The notes below the pieces were generated by a model. It was not told the origin of the DNA, ran no database searches, and saw nothing but the letters and a program-made list of their open reading frames with translations. From Aristaeellaceae bacterium (GTDB lineage: Bacteria; Bacillota; Clostridia; Christensenellales; Aristaeellaceae), in the NCBI GenBank assembly GCA_051886675.1, contig JBJEYH010000203.1:183-64182 (forward strand): DNA of 64,000 bases. The letters run 5' to 3'. This document shows positions 63,799 through 64,000 of this stretch, piece after piece (position 1 is the stretch's first letter; each line of letters starts with the position of its first letter). Position numbers and translations under genes: made by a program.

Positions 63799-64000
63799 CA
63801 TGAGCCGCAAAGACGATGCCCAACAATGGACCTACGGCAAGCCCTCCCTGGCCAGCCGCATCTTCGATACCTGCAACTACGTGTTCCTGTTCCTCCTGTG
63901 CGTGATCATGATCTACCCGCTGTGGTATGTGCTGTGCTGCTCCTTCTCCGACCCCGCGCTGCTCATGCGCCACACCGGCATGCTCCTGCTCCCGCTGGAC
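63799..64000 (+). CDS. Carbohydrate ABC transporter permease (LplC/MalG-like), 5' part only; continues past the window
   Basis: ATG at 63799 is 8 nt after AAGGGAGG. It translates to MSRKDDAQQWTYGKPSLASRIFDTCNYVFLFLLCVIMIYPLWYVLCCSFSDP..., the typical N-terminus of the second permease. No stop before base 64000. Confidence 0.7.

Noticed and set aside
1-64000. Mobile elements, prophage, tRNA/rRNA genes and known defence systems.
   Set aside because: No integrase, transposase, recombinase, phage structural, Cas, Abi or toxin-antitoxin-like proteins appear among the credible ORFs. No tRNA cloverleaf or rRNA-like conserved segments were recognised by eye. A tRNAscan or Infernal run would be the decisive check.

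Overview
High-GC (roughly two-thirds G+C by eye) chromosomal segment. GGAGG-type ribosome-binding sites and the gene content (FtsK/SpoIIIE, Lgt, probable Re-citrate synthase, many glycoside hydrolases) suggest a Clostridia or Oscillospiraceae-like gut anaerobe; this is inference only. About 50 genes can be supported. Housekeeping: tcdA, ftsK, tdk, lgt, acpS, birA, an aspartate aminotransferase and a citrate (Re)-synthase-like gene. Cell envelope: two large PG_binding_1 repeat proteins, an O-antigen-ligase-like protein and a phosphodiester glycosidase. Also present: a yybP-ykoY Mn riboswitch upstream of mntP, a solitary beta-class DNA methyltransferase, a MoxR/DUF58/transglutaminase triad, and regulators of the Rrf2, MerR, TetR, AraC and LacI families. 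A carbohydrate-utilisation neighbourhood carries GH27, GH51, GH31, GH38, GH95, three Gfo/Idh/MocA oxidoreductases, a xylose-isomerase-like TIM barrel, an OYE-like flavoenzyme and sugar ABC permeases. I recognised no rRNA, tRNA, CRISPR array, transposase, integrase or prophage genes. The most unusual content is non-coding. Four long-unit (about 114-130 bp) tandem repeat arrays and a dispersed four-hairpin module together occupy about 3.6 kb, almost all at gene 3' ends. The hairpin stems are conserved while the loops vary. The many very long antisense or alternate-frame ORFs in the track are GC-driven artefacts. The ORF track renders GTG/TTG starts as M, so several starts were re-placed using Shine-Dalgarno spacing.
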